A stretch of DNA of 64,000 nt, taken from assembly GCA_043228905.1 (NCBI GenBank), contig JBHGNT010000011.1, positions 3,100,001-3,164,000 of the forward strand, given 5' to 3'. Positions 52,501 to 64,000 of the stretch are shown here, piece after piece. This stretch comes from Azolla caroliniana. Taxonomy: Eukaryota > Plantae > Polypodiophyta. Position 1 is the first letter of the stretch; each line of letters begins with the position of its first letter. Position numbers and translations under genes: made by a program. The notes under the pieces were generated by a model. The model was given only the letters and a program-made list of their open reading frames with translations, had not been told where the DNA came from and ran no database searches.

Positions 52501-55500
52501 ATAACAAAGGAAGTAAGGGTCTCACAAGATGTGGTCTTTGATGAACTAAGACCATGGTATGAAGATAAAGGAATGGGAAAAGTTCTCGAAGAGGATTACA
52601 TGATGATTATGTAGGAACTAATCAAAGTGAAGTTCAACAATCAAGCATAGAAATTTCATATCCAGATGCATCTACATCAAAAGAAGATCGTTCATCGTGG
52701 AAGGAAAGACATGAAATTCATCCTATAGCTGACGAAACAAGTGTTGCTGGAAATAGTGAGATAGACGCAAGTGAAGTTGAAAATGAAGAGATGACCACTT
52801 CTAAGCTAAACCCGAATAGCTTGAAGAAACAACATTCTAAAGGAAATGAAAGAAGATCATCAAGGATAAGGTATCCAATTCAAATGTTGACTTATGATAT
52901 TTTGATGGCACAACATTTTGCATATATGATGCAGGTTGTCAAAGACAAAGAGCCCGAGACATATGAAGAAGCTTGTACACAAATGGAATGGAAGCAAGCT
53001 ATGAAAGAAGAGATCAAAGCTCTCAACGATAATCACACATGGGATCTAGTGACAAAGAAAGAAGGTATGAAAATCATTCCAAACAAATGGGTGTTCAAAG
53101 TGAAGAGAAATGTCGATGGTTCATTAGCTAGATACAAAGCTAGGTTGGTTGCAAAAGGGTTTAAACAAACACAAGGCATAGATTATGATGAAATTTTTAG
53201 CCCGGTTGCAAAGATGGGGACAATTAGAACCTTGATAGCAATCAGTGCTTCTAAGAGGTGGACATTATATCAACTCGACATCAAGAATGCCATTCTAAAT
53301 GGAGAACTACAAGAAGAGGCATACATGAGTCAACCGGTTGGATTTGAAGACGAAAACTATCCAGATTTTGTTTGTAGATTGAAAAAGGCACTGTATGGCT
53401 TGAAACAAGCACCACAAGCTTGGAACCAAAGATTGATAGATACTAGAGTATCTAATGAAATGTGGATACAACCCAAGCATTGATGATCCCTCATTGTATA
53501 TGAAGAAAAAAGGAAAAAAGGAAGTATATATCTGTATATATGTTGATGATTTCATCCTAATAGGGAATGATGATACATGGATTAAGGATATAAAAGGAAA
53601 GCCTGGGAAATAATTTAAAATTTCAGACTAGGAGAGCTGAAATATATTTTAGGAATCGAAGTTGTTTATGGGAAAAGTGGCATCTACTTGGTGCAAAGGA
53701 AGTACTTGTTGGATGTTCTTTTCAGATTTGGAATGAGTGAATGCAAACCACTCACTCAACCCATTGATACAAATACAAAACTATGCTCAAGTGATGGAGA
53801 AATACTAGAAGATTCAACAACATACAGAAGGAATATAGGATCATTAATCTATGCAAGCATTACAAGACCCGATCTATGTTATGTTGTTGGTGTACTTTCT
53901 CAGTTTATGCAAACTCCAACAAATGAACATTTAAATGCAGCTAAGAGAGTGTTAAGATATATAAAGTTGTTGAGAATCAAACTCAACATAGTGCAATGTG
54001 TGAACACACCTTTTGAGAATCCATGATTACTCAAAGTTCAAGAGTCACACCACTACTCTCTACACATTAACTATGTGTCATAGATTCATATTCTATGACA
54101 CATCACTAATGAGTTACATATTCCCCATGACTATGAGTCTTCACATTCCCCAAGAGAGAGAGTGGTTGTTGTAAATTTAATGAAGAGAGAGGGTGACTCT
54201 ATATAAAGCACCCTCCTCACAATTCATACTAAGTCGGTTGTGACTCCTTGTAATGCTACATTTTGTATTTCCTATTCTACTTGTGAATATACACCTTCTT
54301 CTTGAGTATTCCTTTTTCTATCTATCTTGACTTCTCTCTTCTCTCCTCTAATTCCTCTCACACATACACATAACACACATCTCTTCCGCTACACAAGAAT
54401 CATAACCAATTCTTTACATGGTATCAGAGCGATTTGGTAGCTCGATCTAGCCCAATCACCTCATCGTAATCGTGTGTTGTGCTCTGCGCCGACGTTCAAG
54501 AAGAACCGGCTCATCGCTATCGTAGTGCGACTGCATAGCTCGTGTTCAAGAGAGAAGGAAAAGAAAAGAAGGAAGAAATCTACATCGACAATGAATACTC
54601 AAATGGGGAGCGCTCTCCCTAATGAGAAGCTGGATCGCAACAACTTTGCATCTTGGGAGTACAAGATGCATCAATACCTTGTCGGCCAAGGCTATTGGAG
54701 TTACATCAAGGGAGCACAAGAAAACCGACCCGACCTGAAAGACGCTGACTATGCAACTTGGGAGCAAACGGCAAGCTGAGTGATGTATTGATTGGCGACA
54801 TGTGTTCACGACCACATGCTCGGCCACATTCGAGAAGCCGAGACGCCAACAGAAGCATGGGAGAATCTACGAAAGATTTTCGCCGCCAACACGACCGCGA
54901 GAAAGCTTCAACTTCGCCAAGAGTTGAACAACATCCAACAACGGGATATGTCCATTACAAGCTACACCTTAAAGATCAAGGAGCTTTGTGATGCACTCGG
55001 CTCGATAAGCATCAATGTGGAGGATGACGAAATGGTGCAAATATGCCTCGGTGGCCTTGCACCACGGTTCGGCGCAATGCGGACCGCCATACTAGCACAG
55101 GAGAATCTGTCCTCCTTCTTCGATCTTCAATCCATGTTGTTGGTTGAAGAGAATCATGTTCGAACAAGGAGCAACGCCTCGGAAGGCCAGATGCTCTATA
55201 CGCATTCGAACGGAGGAAGAGGACGCGGCCGTGTAAAAAGACACCGATTCGGCCAAGGACGAGGCGGACAAGGCCCGATTTACGAAAACAACTCTCAATT
55301 ATGGCATCAAGACGGAAGCCATCGAGGAACCTTCGGAAGAAGGGGGAGCCTCGAAGGGGGAGCCTCGAAGGGGGAGCTTCCATTCCAGTCCGAACCGACA
55401 AAGCTCCGTCGAATGCGGATATTGCGGAAAAATCGGTCACCACAGAGAAGAATGTCGTAAGAAGATACACGAGTCGGTTTCCACTAGCCGACAACTCACC

Positions 55501-58069
55501 AACTACGCCATCAACTCTGACTATGACGATCGCGGCGGAATGTTCGTGATGAGACATAGAGTGAATTCTATGTCAGCCTCTACTTCTACTAGTGCCTCCG
55601 GTCCGGAAGACGTATGGTTCATTGATTCTGGTGCCTCAAACCATATGATGTCGCATCAAGAATGGTTCTGAGAACTTCAAGATCCGGAACAACCCGGCTA
55701 TGTCGAAACTGGAGACGACACTACGCACCCGATTCGGCACATCGGCAATGTTCTGTTCGAAGAAGAAGGTAAGCAAAATTATATTAAAAATGTCTTGCAT
55801 GTACCAACTATCACAAAGAATTTGGTCTCCATCGGCGAAATTGTAGAGCATGGAATGCAAGTACGATTTAATCAAGGCGGTTGCTTCATCGAGAAAGAGG
55901 GCCAACTCATCGCTCACGGGCGAAGAGAGGGCCGAATGTTCATTCTTGACTCGCACAAGATGAAATCGGCCATGTTCGCAAAAGGCACAAAAGCCGAGTC
56001 CGACATAGAGTTATGGTACAAGCGGATTGGCCATATCAACCTTCAAAAGCTTAAGGCGATGCAATCGAAAGGAGTCATCATCGGACTCCCGACTTTCAAA
56101 GAGAGGAGATTGAAGGCATATGTGTGGCTTGCCAATTCGGCAAGCAACATTGTCATCCATTTCCAAAGGAGAGGAATGTGAGCAAAGACGTACTCGACGT
56201 AATTCATTCTGATGTATGGGGACCAGCTCAGACGGCGACATTCGGCAGATGCCGATACTACGTGACCTTTCATCGACGACTTCTCTAGGCACACTTGGAT
56301 CTACTCAACACCGCATGTGAAGCCGTATGGCTCAAGAGTATTTTGAAGGATTTGGGCATCCCCATCAAGGATCCAACTCCCATTTACTGCGAGAATATGA
56401 GCAATATATATCTGGCTCGAAACCCTGTGTTCCACGCGCGCACAAAGCACATCGAAGTGCACTATCATTTCATTCGAGAGCGCGTATAGGCCAGAGATGT
56501 TGACCTTCAACACATCAACACGAAACTTCAGATGTCCGACATCTTCACGAAAGCCTTAGGAGCCAACAAGCTTCAACAATTCATGTCAGACCTTCGATTG
56601 ACGATCCCTGACTTGCCAAGCTTGAGGGGAAGTACAAGCGAGAACCGGAGATCGTCCGAACTGGATACCAACCGAAGCGGACATCAATCGAAAGGAACCA
56701 ACCCGAGTTGAGCTTGAGGGGGCATGTTGAGAATCAAGCTCAACATAGTGCAATGTGTGAACACACCTTTTGAGAATCCATGATTACTCAAAGGTCAAGA
56801 GTTACACCACTACTCTCTACACATTAACTATGTGTCATAGAATCATATTCTATGACACATAACTAATGAGTTACATATTCCCCATGACTGTGAGTTTTCA
56901 CATTCCCCAAGAGAGAGAGTGGTTGTTGTAAATTTAATGAAGAGAGAGGGTGACTCTATATAAAGCACCCTCCTCACACTTCATACTAAGTCGGTTGTGA
57001 CTCCTTGTAATGCTACATTTTGTATTTCCTATTCTACTTGTGAATATACACCTTCTTCTTGAGTATTCCTTTTTCTATCTATCTTGTTTTCTCTCTTCTC
57101 TCCTCTAATTCCTCTCACACATACACATACCACACATCTCTTCCACTACACAAGAATCATACCCGATTCTTTACAAAAGCATACAATTAATCATGCTTTG
57201 TTTTATAAGTGTGATGAAGAATTGCAGGCCAAAGGCTTTAGTGATGCAGATTGGGTAGGTTCAAAGGAAGATAGGAGATCAACCTCAGGTTATGTGTTTA
57301 TGATTGGAAGCAATCCTATCACATGGAGCTCGAAGAAACAACCTACTTTTGCACTTTCATCCATGGAGGCTAAGCATAGAGGATTAACATTTGCTACATG
57401 TGAAGCAATGTGGCTTAAAAAGCTTTTGGCTGATCTTGAAGTGCCTGGGGGAATCATTTAGATATACGGTGACAACATGGCAAGTATTTACTTGGCAAGC
57501 AATCCCACTTTCCATGCGCGGAGTGCGAATATTGAAGTTCATTACCATTATGTACGAGAGGTGTTGAGCAAAGATGTGGAGATAAAGTTCATCAAAACCA
57601 AAGATCAAGTTACAGACATGTTCACAAAGTTCCTGGATGCTTCTAAACTAAAAGGTTTCAAAGATGTGATAAATTTGCAAGACATGGCTCAAGATAACTC
57701 CCAAATGAGCTTGAGGGGGAGTGTTGAAGATAAATGTACAAGCTCAAATTGACATAGCTATGATTGTTTATGTTTATAAAGTTGTATGGTGAATACTTAT
57801 CCAAAGACTATAGTGCATAGCATATAATGGGTAAATATATGTGGTAGGTGAGAATTAGACACAAAATTAGTGGCTACAAAAGTGGCGTCTAATACGTGAG
57901 TCAAGTTGTAAGTCATGTCTGTGTAGTTTCTGTGTATAAAATTGCAGCCTCAGATTCATCATATTATTGGAGTTATCAATCTGAGAGTGAAAGGTGTTTG
58001 TCCATGTATTGGACCTACAACAGTTCACTATACGCTTCTTACTGTGAATAGGAGGACAAATTCTCCATA
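49529..58069 (+). mobile_element. AT-rich Copia element E
   Basis: 5' LTR 49529-50110, PBS tggtattagagc 50113, gag-pol 50268-57721, PPT, 3' LTR 57722-58069 with an internal deletion. TSD gtatt at 49524-49528 and 58070-58074. Confidence 0.95.
53968..57175 (+). mobile_element. Internally deleted Copia element F
   Basis: 451-bp LTRs at 53968-54418 and 56725-57175, PBS tggtatcagagc, TSD aaagt/aaagc. The integrase start is joined to the RNase H end near 56295, so RT is absent. Confidence 0.93.
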
Positions 58070-58533
58070 GTATTTAAGTTTTTCCGAATCGGATACATAT
58101 TTGTACCAAAAAACACATTTACAAGGTAACGGCTTCCTGTCGGCTTGTAGTTCGACCAATTCCCATGTCTGATTCTTATGAATCGACTCCATCTCAGATT
58201 TCATGGCTTGTAGCCATGTGTCGGCATCTGGTGCGGCCATAGCTTGTTCGTATGTGCTTGGTTCGCCTCCATCGGTGTAGTTGACGTAGTCGAGGCCTAG
58301 TTGATAGAACTTTGTCGGTCTCTGAACTCGTCTGGATCTCCCGATTGCCAATCTTTTCGGTTCTGAATAGATGGACAAAGCCTATCGTAGGTTGGTTGTT
58401 TGCCTGACCATAGTGCATGTGCCACTTTGAGCTTGATTACTTTTGACGGAAATAGATTAATCAGATATACTGCCATCTGCAATGCTTCAACCCAAAACTC
58501 CAGCTTTAGTCCAGTTTCTTGGAGCATTGTCGT

Positions 58534-60210
58534 TGTCAAGGAGATCCTCGCATGTTCACGAAATGAAGCGGGACCACCGGGGTCTTGGACCTGAAGGATT
58601 CGATGTTTTACTAGCGTATGCGAGAAAGTATTGAAGATAGATAGATAGATGGAGAGTGAGAGAGAATGAAAGAAAGAAAGATCTATTAACGTCTTCTAAG
58701 GCCAAAATTGACCCATGAGACAATTGTTTTACAACAAAAATGGGATATTTACCCATTCATCGAGAGAGATTGAACCCTTGACTTCAATTTTGAGAGACAA
58801 GATACATCATCAATAAGATAACTAGATTTTTTATTAGAAGTTTCTTCATTCAATACCTAGCTTGCCCCCCCCCCCCCCCCCCCTACACAAGCCCAACTAG
58901 AGGCTTTTATAGCTCCACCCCCACCAAACCGCACGTCCTCTGGTACGTGCCAAGAAGAGAGAGTGTGAGATTTCGGCTACGGTGATTAGTACAATTCCTC
59001 CAATTTGAGCATGTCCATTCCTTTCACTTGAATCATTGTCACCACCCAATCCACCATATCATTCTCTCATTCTTTGCTTTACCATGACCAGTTATCATGG
59101 CCCCTTGTTCTCCTTCCGAGCATAACCGTTTAGGCTTTATGCATGTTCCACCTTTGTCCCAATCGTCTCCTTGCTCAAGGCAATTTGACCCGTCACATAT
59201 TTTTGTTTTGTGTCTTTCTCCCCAAGACTTTATCTAAATAATGACATTGACTACCCCATGTAGTACCTTCAAGTTCATGCCCACTTCAAGATCCTTACAT
59301 CAGTTAATGCCCAAGTCTCCAAAACGAGTGTGAAGAGATCCATATGTATTTGTTGGCCACGCCCCGACATCGTTATTTTGTCCCAAGATCTCATCATTTG
59401 GTCAACAATTACTATCATCCTTTCGAAGTCTCCCGCTTGATTACTTGAGGATGCCATCTCCAAGTATCGGTCGATCCTCGTCTTGATCCTTCCTACTGCT
59501 TCTTCACGTCAGGTTCACCAAGAAATATGTCAAGGAAATCCTAGTGTGTTCGCGAAATGAAGTGGGACCGTCGGGGTCCTCGACCGGAAGGATTCAATGT
59601 TTTACTAGCGTAAGCGAGAAAGTATTGAAGAGAGAGAGAGAGAGAGAGAGAACCATTGACTTCAATTTTTAGATACATCACCAATAAGATAACTAGATTT
59701 TTTATTAGAAGTTTCTTCATTCAATACCTAGCTTGCCCCCTACACAAGCCCAACTAGAGGCTTTTATAAGTCTCTCCATGCAAAACCATGGGCTAAAACG
59801 ACGAGCTAAAACCAGGGGTTTCTACACATGGTTTTTTATGTATTTGTTTCCTAGAATATTGAATATGAAAAGAAAATATACAAAATTTACAACATAGCTT
59901 TAGTGGTAAGTTAATTTGTCTTCTATCTTGGACGTGCAAGGTTCAAACCTTGCTTGCACCCCTTTGTATGCACTCAAAATGTTACTAGGCTTTAGTCTTA
60001 TTTTTATATTTACAAATGTTTGAGTGCACATCACATGTGCACATGTTTAACTTTACATCTAGATTTTCTTTACAATTCTCATTTCAGTCCTATTTACAAC
60101 ATGCTAGCATACGCATGTGGCCTTCACGCCTTTCACACGTGCACATTGCACCTTCTAGATTTCGTTCATTCCACACAATTTTCACACCGTTGCCGAAAAT
60201 CTTCACGACA
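58534..60210 (-). mobile_element. Heavily deleted Gypsy element (LTR, Trp PBS, gag stub, partial LTR)
   Basis: LTR 59528-60210, PBS 59503-59520, partial LTR 58534-~58911, TSD tcgt/ctgt (from ccgt). Confidence 0.82.
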
Positions 60211-60739
60211 CTGTCACCCTCTCTTGGATCGTTTGGTTGATCCGTTTTGCCACTCCATTTTGCATGGGTGTGTAAGGAACAGTGTTTTGATGTCGGATCC
60301 CTTTTTCGGACAGGTACTGCTTGAAGGCTCGGGAGGTGTATTCACCTCCATTGTCAGATTGGAGTGTCTTCACTCTATATCCCGATCGGTTCTCCGCATC
60401 GATTAACCATCGAGCAAATGTCTCGAGCACTTCGTCTTTTAACCTAATTGAATAGGCCTAGACCTTCTGTGTACAATCATCGATGACCGTGATGAAGTAT
60501 CGGGAGCCACCTAGTGATCTTTCAGGCATCACCCCACATATGTCTGTGTGCACGAGCTCTAGGGGTTGTCGTATCGTCTCATAGTGCAGAGAGTGCAGAT
60601 TTCAGGTTTGTTTCCCGTACCGACAATGCTCGCAGAAGTCCATCTTTGCTTGAAGTTTCAGGATGTAGTCGACCGCCATCAGCCGATTGAGTCTGGCTTG
60701 AGATATATGGCCAAGTCGGCCATGCCATAAGTTCGGGTC

Positions 60740-61292
60740 TATAGAGAATAGTGTGGAATGCTGCTCGGCCACAATCGAGTCTTGGATCACTTCGTTTAAG
60801 GATCAAACACAGAAATGGGGGTTTAAGATAAGTACACGTACACACACGAACAATAGAGAGTACACTGGATGTTTACGTGGAAACCCTAAATGGGAAAAAT
60901 CCACGGGAGCCCATGGACTCCAACTATCACTATGAGGGGAGGAATACAATGTGAGACTCAGAGGCAACGACCTAGAGGTCTATGTCTTCGCCAAACAGAG
61001 GTTCAACAGAAATCGTTCTGTGTGTGTCTCACTCTCTATACAACAATTATGCACATACAACAATATGACAACAACTACATAAAGTGATTGCCCTAAATCA
61101 TATTTATACTTATATGAACCTAGGGCTATTTACAAATATAGCCTCAATAGGCTTACTAAAAACATACTTACAAATATTTCTTCTCTTCCGGTTCTCACCG
61201 GGTCCATCCGATGTTTCCGGATCTCTTTCGGCTCTCACCGGGTCCTCTTCATTCATAACCAGATCCCATCCGGAGGGACCGACTTCTCAACA
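60740..61292 (-). repeat. Copia-type solo LTR
   Basis: Flanked by TSD gggtc (60735-60739, 61293-61297). Removing it restores EKTDPNLWHGRLGH. Confidence 0.88.
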
Positions 61293-61530
61293 GGGTCAGT
61301 CTTTTCAACTACATTCACGACCCCTTTTTGGATTGATCGTCATCATTGGGTACATGTTATTGTACTTGTGCCCGCTTCCGATTCTTAGATTTCCTCATTT
61401 GATCATCCATGCCGACTCATTGAGAGTCGTTCGGTACCCATCTTCGGCTAGCATGCCGATGGAGACCAAACTCCTCTTCAGATCAGGTACGCATCGAACT
61501 TGGTGCAGGGTGATCATGTTGCAATTCGGA

Positions 61531-64000
61531 CATGGGATGTCTCGTCAACCCGATCCGCTTTTGGCACGCATCCAGCTTGTCGGTTGTCAACACTTTGGTC
61601 AGCATATCCGGCCCGTTCTCCTCCATGTGGATCTTCGTTTGCACGAACTCTTGATCTTCTACTCTCTCCCGGATCCAGTGGTACCTCCGTTGGATATGTT
61701 TCGTCCAGGAATGGTAGGCCGCGTTCTTTGCAAGGTGGATGGCACTTTGACTGTCGTAGTAGAGCCGGTATTCCTCCTGTTGGATCCCTAGCTCTCCGAT
61801 GAAGTCCTTCATCCAAATTATCTCCTTGTCGGCTTCCACAGCTACCATGTACTCCGCCTCTGTGGTTGACAATGCAACCGTCTTCTTCAGCCTCGACTGC
61901 CACAATACAACTCCCCCTACATAAGTCATGACATATCTGGATGTAGACCGGTTGGTATCCACATCAGCCAACATATCCGAATCGGTGAATCCTTCCAAGA
62001 GGGGTTTACCGGAGCCGAATCGGAGGCACATACTCGAGGTGCCTTTCAAATACCGGAGTATCCACTTGACCACGTTCTAGTGCTCTTTTCTAGGATTGCT
62101 CATGAACCAGCTCACCACGCCGACTGCATATTCGATATCTGTCTAGGTACATACCATCGCATACATTAAGCTTCCGACAACATAGGCATATGGTATCTTC
62201 ATCATATCTGTCTTCTTCGCCTTTGTCCTTGGGCTTTCTTTTCCGGATAGCTTGTAGTTTGCTGGAAGTGTCGATACGACTGGTTTCGCCTACAACATGT
62301 TGAACTGTTGAAGTACCTTTGTCACGTACTTCTCCTGTGACAACCACAACAACTTCTTCGACCGGTCCCGGATGATGTGCATTCCCAATATCTGTCTTGC
62401 CAGACCGAAGTCTTTCATTGAGACAGTCCGGGTCAAAGCCTTCTTCAGCATCTGAATCTTGCCTTAGTCTCGTCCGACGATCAGCATATCATCCACATAG
62501 GAGGAGTATCAGGAAAACTCCTCCGTCAAATTTCTTCACAAACACACAGTGATTGGCCTGCGTCTTGTGGTACCCTTGGTCGGTCATGAAGGAGTTGAAC
62601 TTCCAATACCATTGCTAGGGGGCTTGCTTCAATCCTTATAAGCTCTTCTTTAGCCGACACACCAGGTGCTCCTTCCCTTTCTTTTCAAATCCTTCCGGTT
62701 TATGCATGTAGATCTCTTCTTCGAGGTCACCATGTAGGAATGTCGTCTTGACGTCCCGTTGCTCTACCTCGATGTCCATGCTTGCCGCTATGCCCAATAC
62801 CGTCTAGATGAATGTCATCTTTACTACCGGGGCAAAGATCTCATCGAAATCCACTCCTTTCTTCTGCCGGAAGCCCTTCACCACGATTCGGGCCTTATAC
62901 CTTGGTGGATTTCCAACATCTCCCGGTTTTAGCTTGTACACCCACTTGTTGCAGAGTGCACTCTTCCCTTTTGGCAACTCCGTCAGTTCATATGTGGGGT
63001 TCTCATGCAGGGAATTCATCTCATCCTGCATGGCACTCAACCATTTGCGGTTGTGGGTGTCTCTCTTTGCTTCTTCAAAGCTTTCCGTCTCCCCCTCATC
63101 AGTTAGCAACACATGCTCTGCATCTGGAAATATCTGGGGGGCTCTTCTCTCTCAGAGAGGGTATCTCCGTCCTTGGTTTTTGACTACCAGTTCCTCCGTT
63201 TGTTCCGTATCCGAATCTGATTCAGGATCTTGTCTATATCTGGTGTCTTCTTCTTCTTCTTCTTCTTCTTCTTCTTCTTCTTCTTCTTCTTCTTCTTCTT
63301 CTTCGATCGGTTCGGTTTCTTGTCCGTATCCGGCCGGTTTGTCGAGTGTCATCCGGTTTCCAACCGGGTAAGTCCTTGTGTCCTCAAGCTTGTTTTCATT
63401 GGATGATCCAGAGTTCATCACCTTCTTCTCTGACTCCCAGTCGACAATGGTCCTATCTTCCATGAAGACTATGTCTTGACTTTGGAACACCTTGTCGACC
63501 AGATCCCACACCCGGTAACCAAACTCATCATCGCCGTATCCAAGGAATATGCATGGCCTAGACTTCGGATCCAGCTTTGCTCTCTTTTCCTTTGCAACAT
63601 GCACATAGGCGAGACACCCGAACACCTTCAGATGCCGGTAGGATACGTCTTTACCGGTCCATACTATTTGCGGTGTGTCTCCGTCCAAGGGTACTGAGGG
63701 TGATCTGTTTGTCACATAGGTCGTCGTCGTCGGTGCCTTAGCCCAAAATGTCTTGGGTAACTTAGCATGTGCTAGCATGCTTCGGACTCTCTTCATTATG
63801 GTCCAGTTCATCCGTTCGGCCAACCCATTTAGTTCCGGCATTTTCCGCACAGTGAATTCCAGCCAGATTCTCTTCGACCGGTATTACTCCTAGAACTGGC
63901 CCCGGTATTCTCCTCCGTTGTCTGCTTGAACCACCTTCAGCTTCCGGCCGGTTTCTCTTTCCACTCTCGCATGGAGCTCCTTGAAGATAGACAACACTTG
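61531..64000 (-). pseudogene. Copia element C INT-RT-RNase H, decayed, runs off window
   Basis: PELNGLAER, YKARIVVKG, FTDSD, TKHIQRRYHWIR. Confidence 0.9.
63247..63304 (+). repeat. (CTT)n microsatellite encoding poly-Glu in the INT-RT linker
   Basis: About 19 triplets, in frame in ORF 63152-63850. Confidence 0.95.

Larger units (their letters stand above)
47347..61530 (-). mobile_element. Copia element B, decayed, with three nested insertions
   Basis: Probable 3' LTR ~47347-48126 after PPT ggagcagaaggga. RH/RT at 48110-49528 and 58075-58380. INT at 58380-58533 and 60211-60739. Protease/GAG-pre at 61293-61530. Confidence 0.8.

Noticed and set aside
61084-61791. 235-aa plus-strand ORF as a host gene
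   Set aside because: It crosses a solo LTR and the antisense strands of two Copia elements.
1-64000. Numerous antisense and alternate-frame ORFs as novel genes
   Set aside because: They overlap GC-rich gag/pol or LTRs and have no independent motifs.

Overview
This window is a gene-free nest of plant retrotransposons, probably from a non-seed land plant such as a bryophyte (inferred, not shown). Nearly all 64 kb resolves into nested, partly decayed Ty3/Gypsy elements (non-chromovirus, tRNA-Trp PBS, 4-bp TSDs), Ty1/Copia elements (tRNA-iMet PBS, 5-bp TSDs), solo LTRs and one L1-type LINE. The LINE endonuclease is split by a ~31-kb nest (12796-43798). No host gene, rRNA, tRNA or CRISPR array is supported. 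Four observations stand out. (1) All nine readable Gypsy insertion sites are 4-mers centred on CpG (NCGN, mostly ACGG; three need CpG-decay reconstruction), suggesting a CpG-directed integrase. (2) Four Gypsy copies from three families share a -1 frameshift cassette after the protease: G-GAU-UUU-UAG plus an H-type pseudoknot with compensatory changes. (3) Four Copia families have a covarying stem that brackets the PPT/LTR start. (4) A U5 hairpin motif is conserved across otherwise dissimilar Gypsy LTRs. Coordinates were read by eye, so deletion junctions may be off by a few bp.
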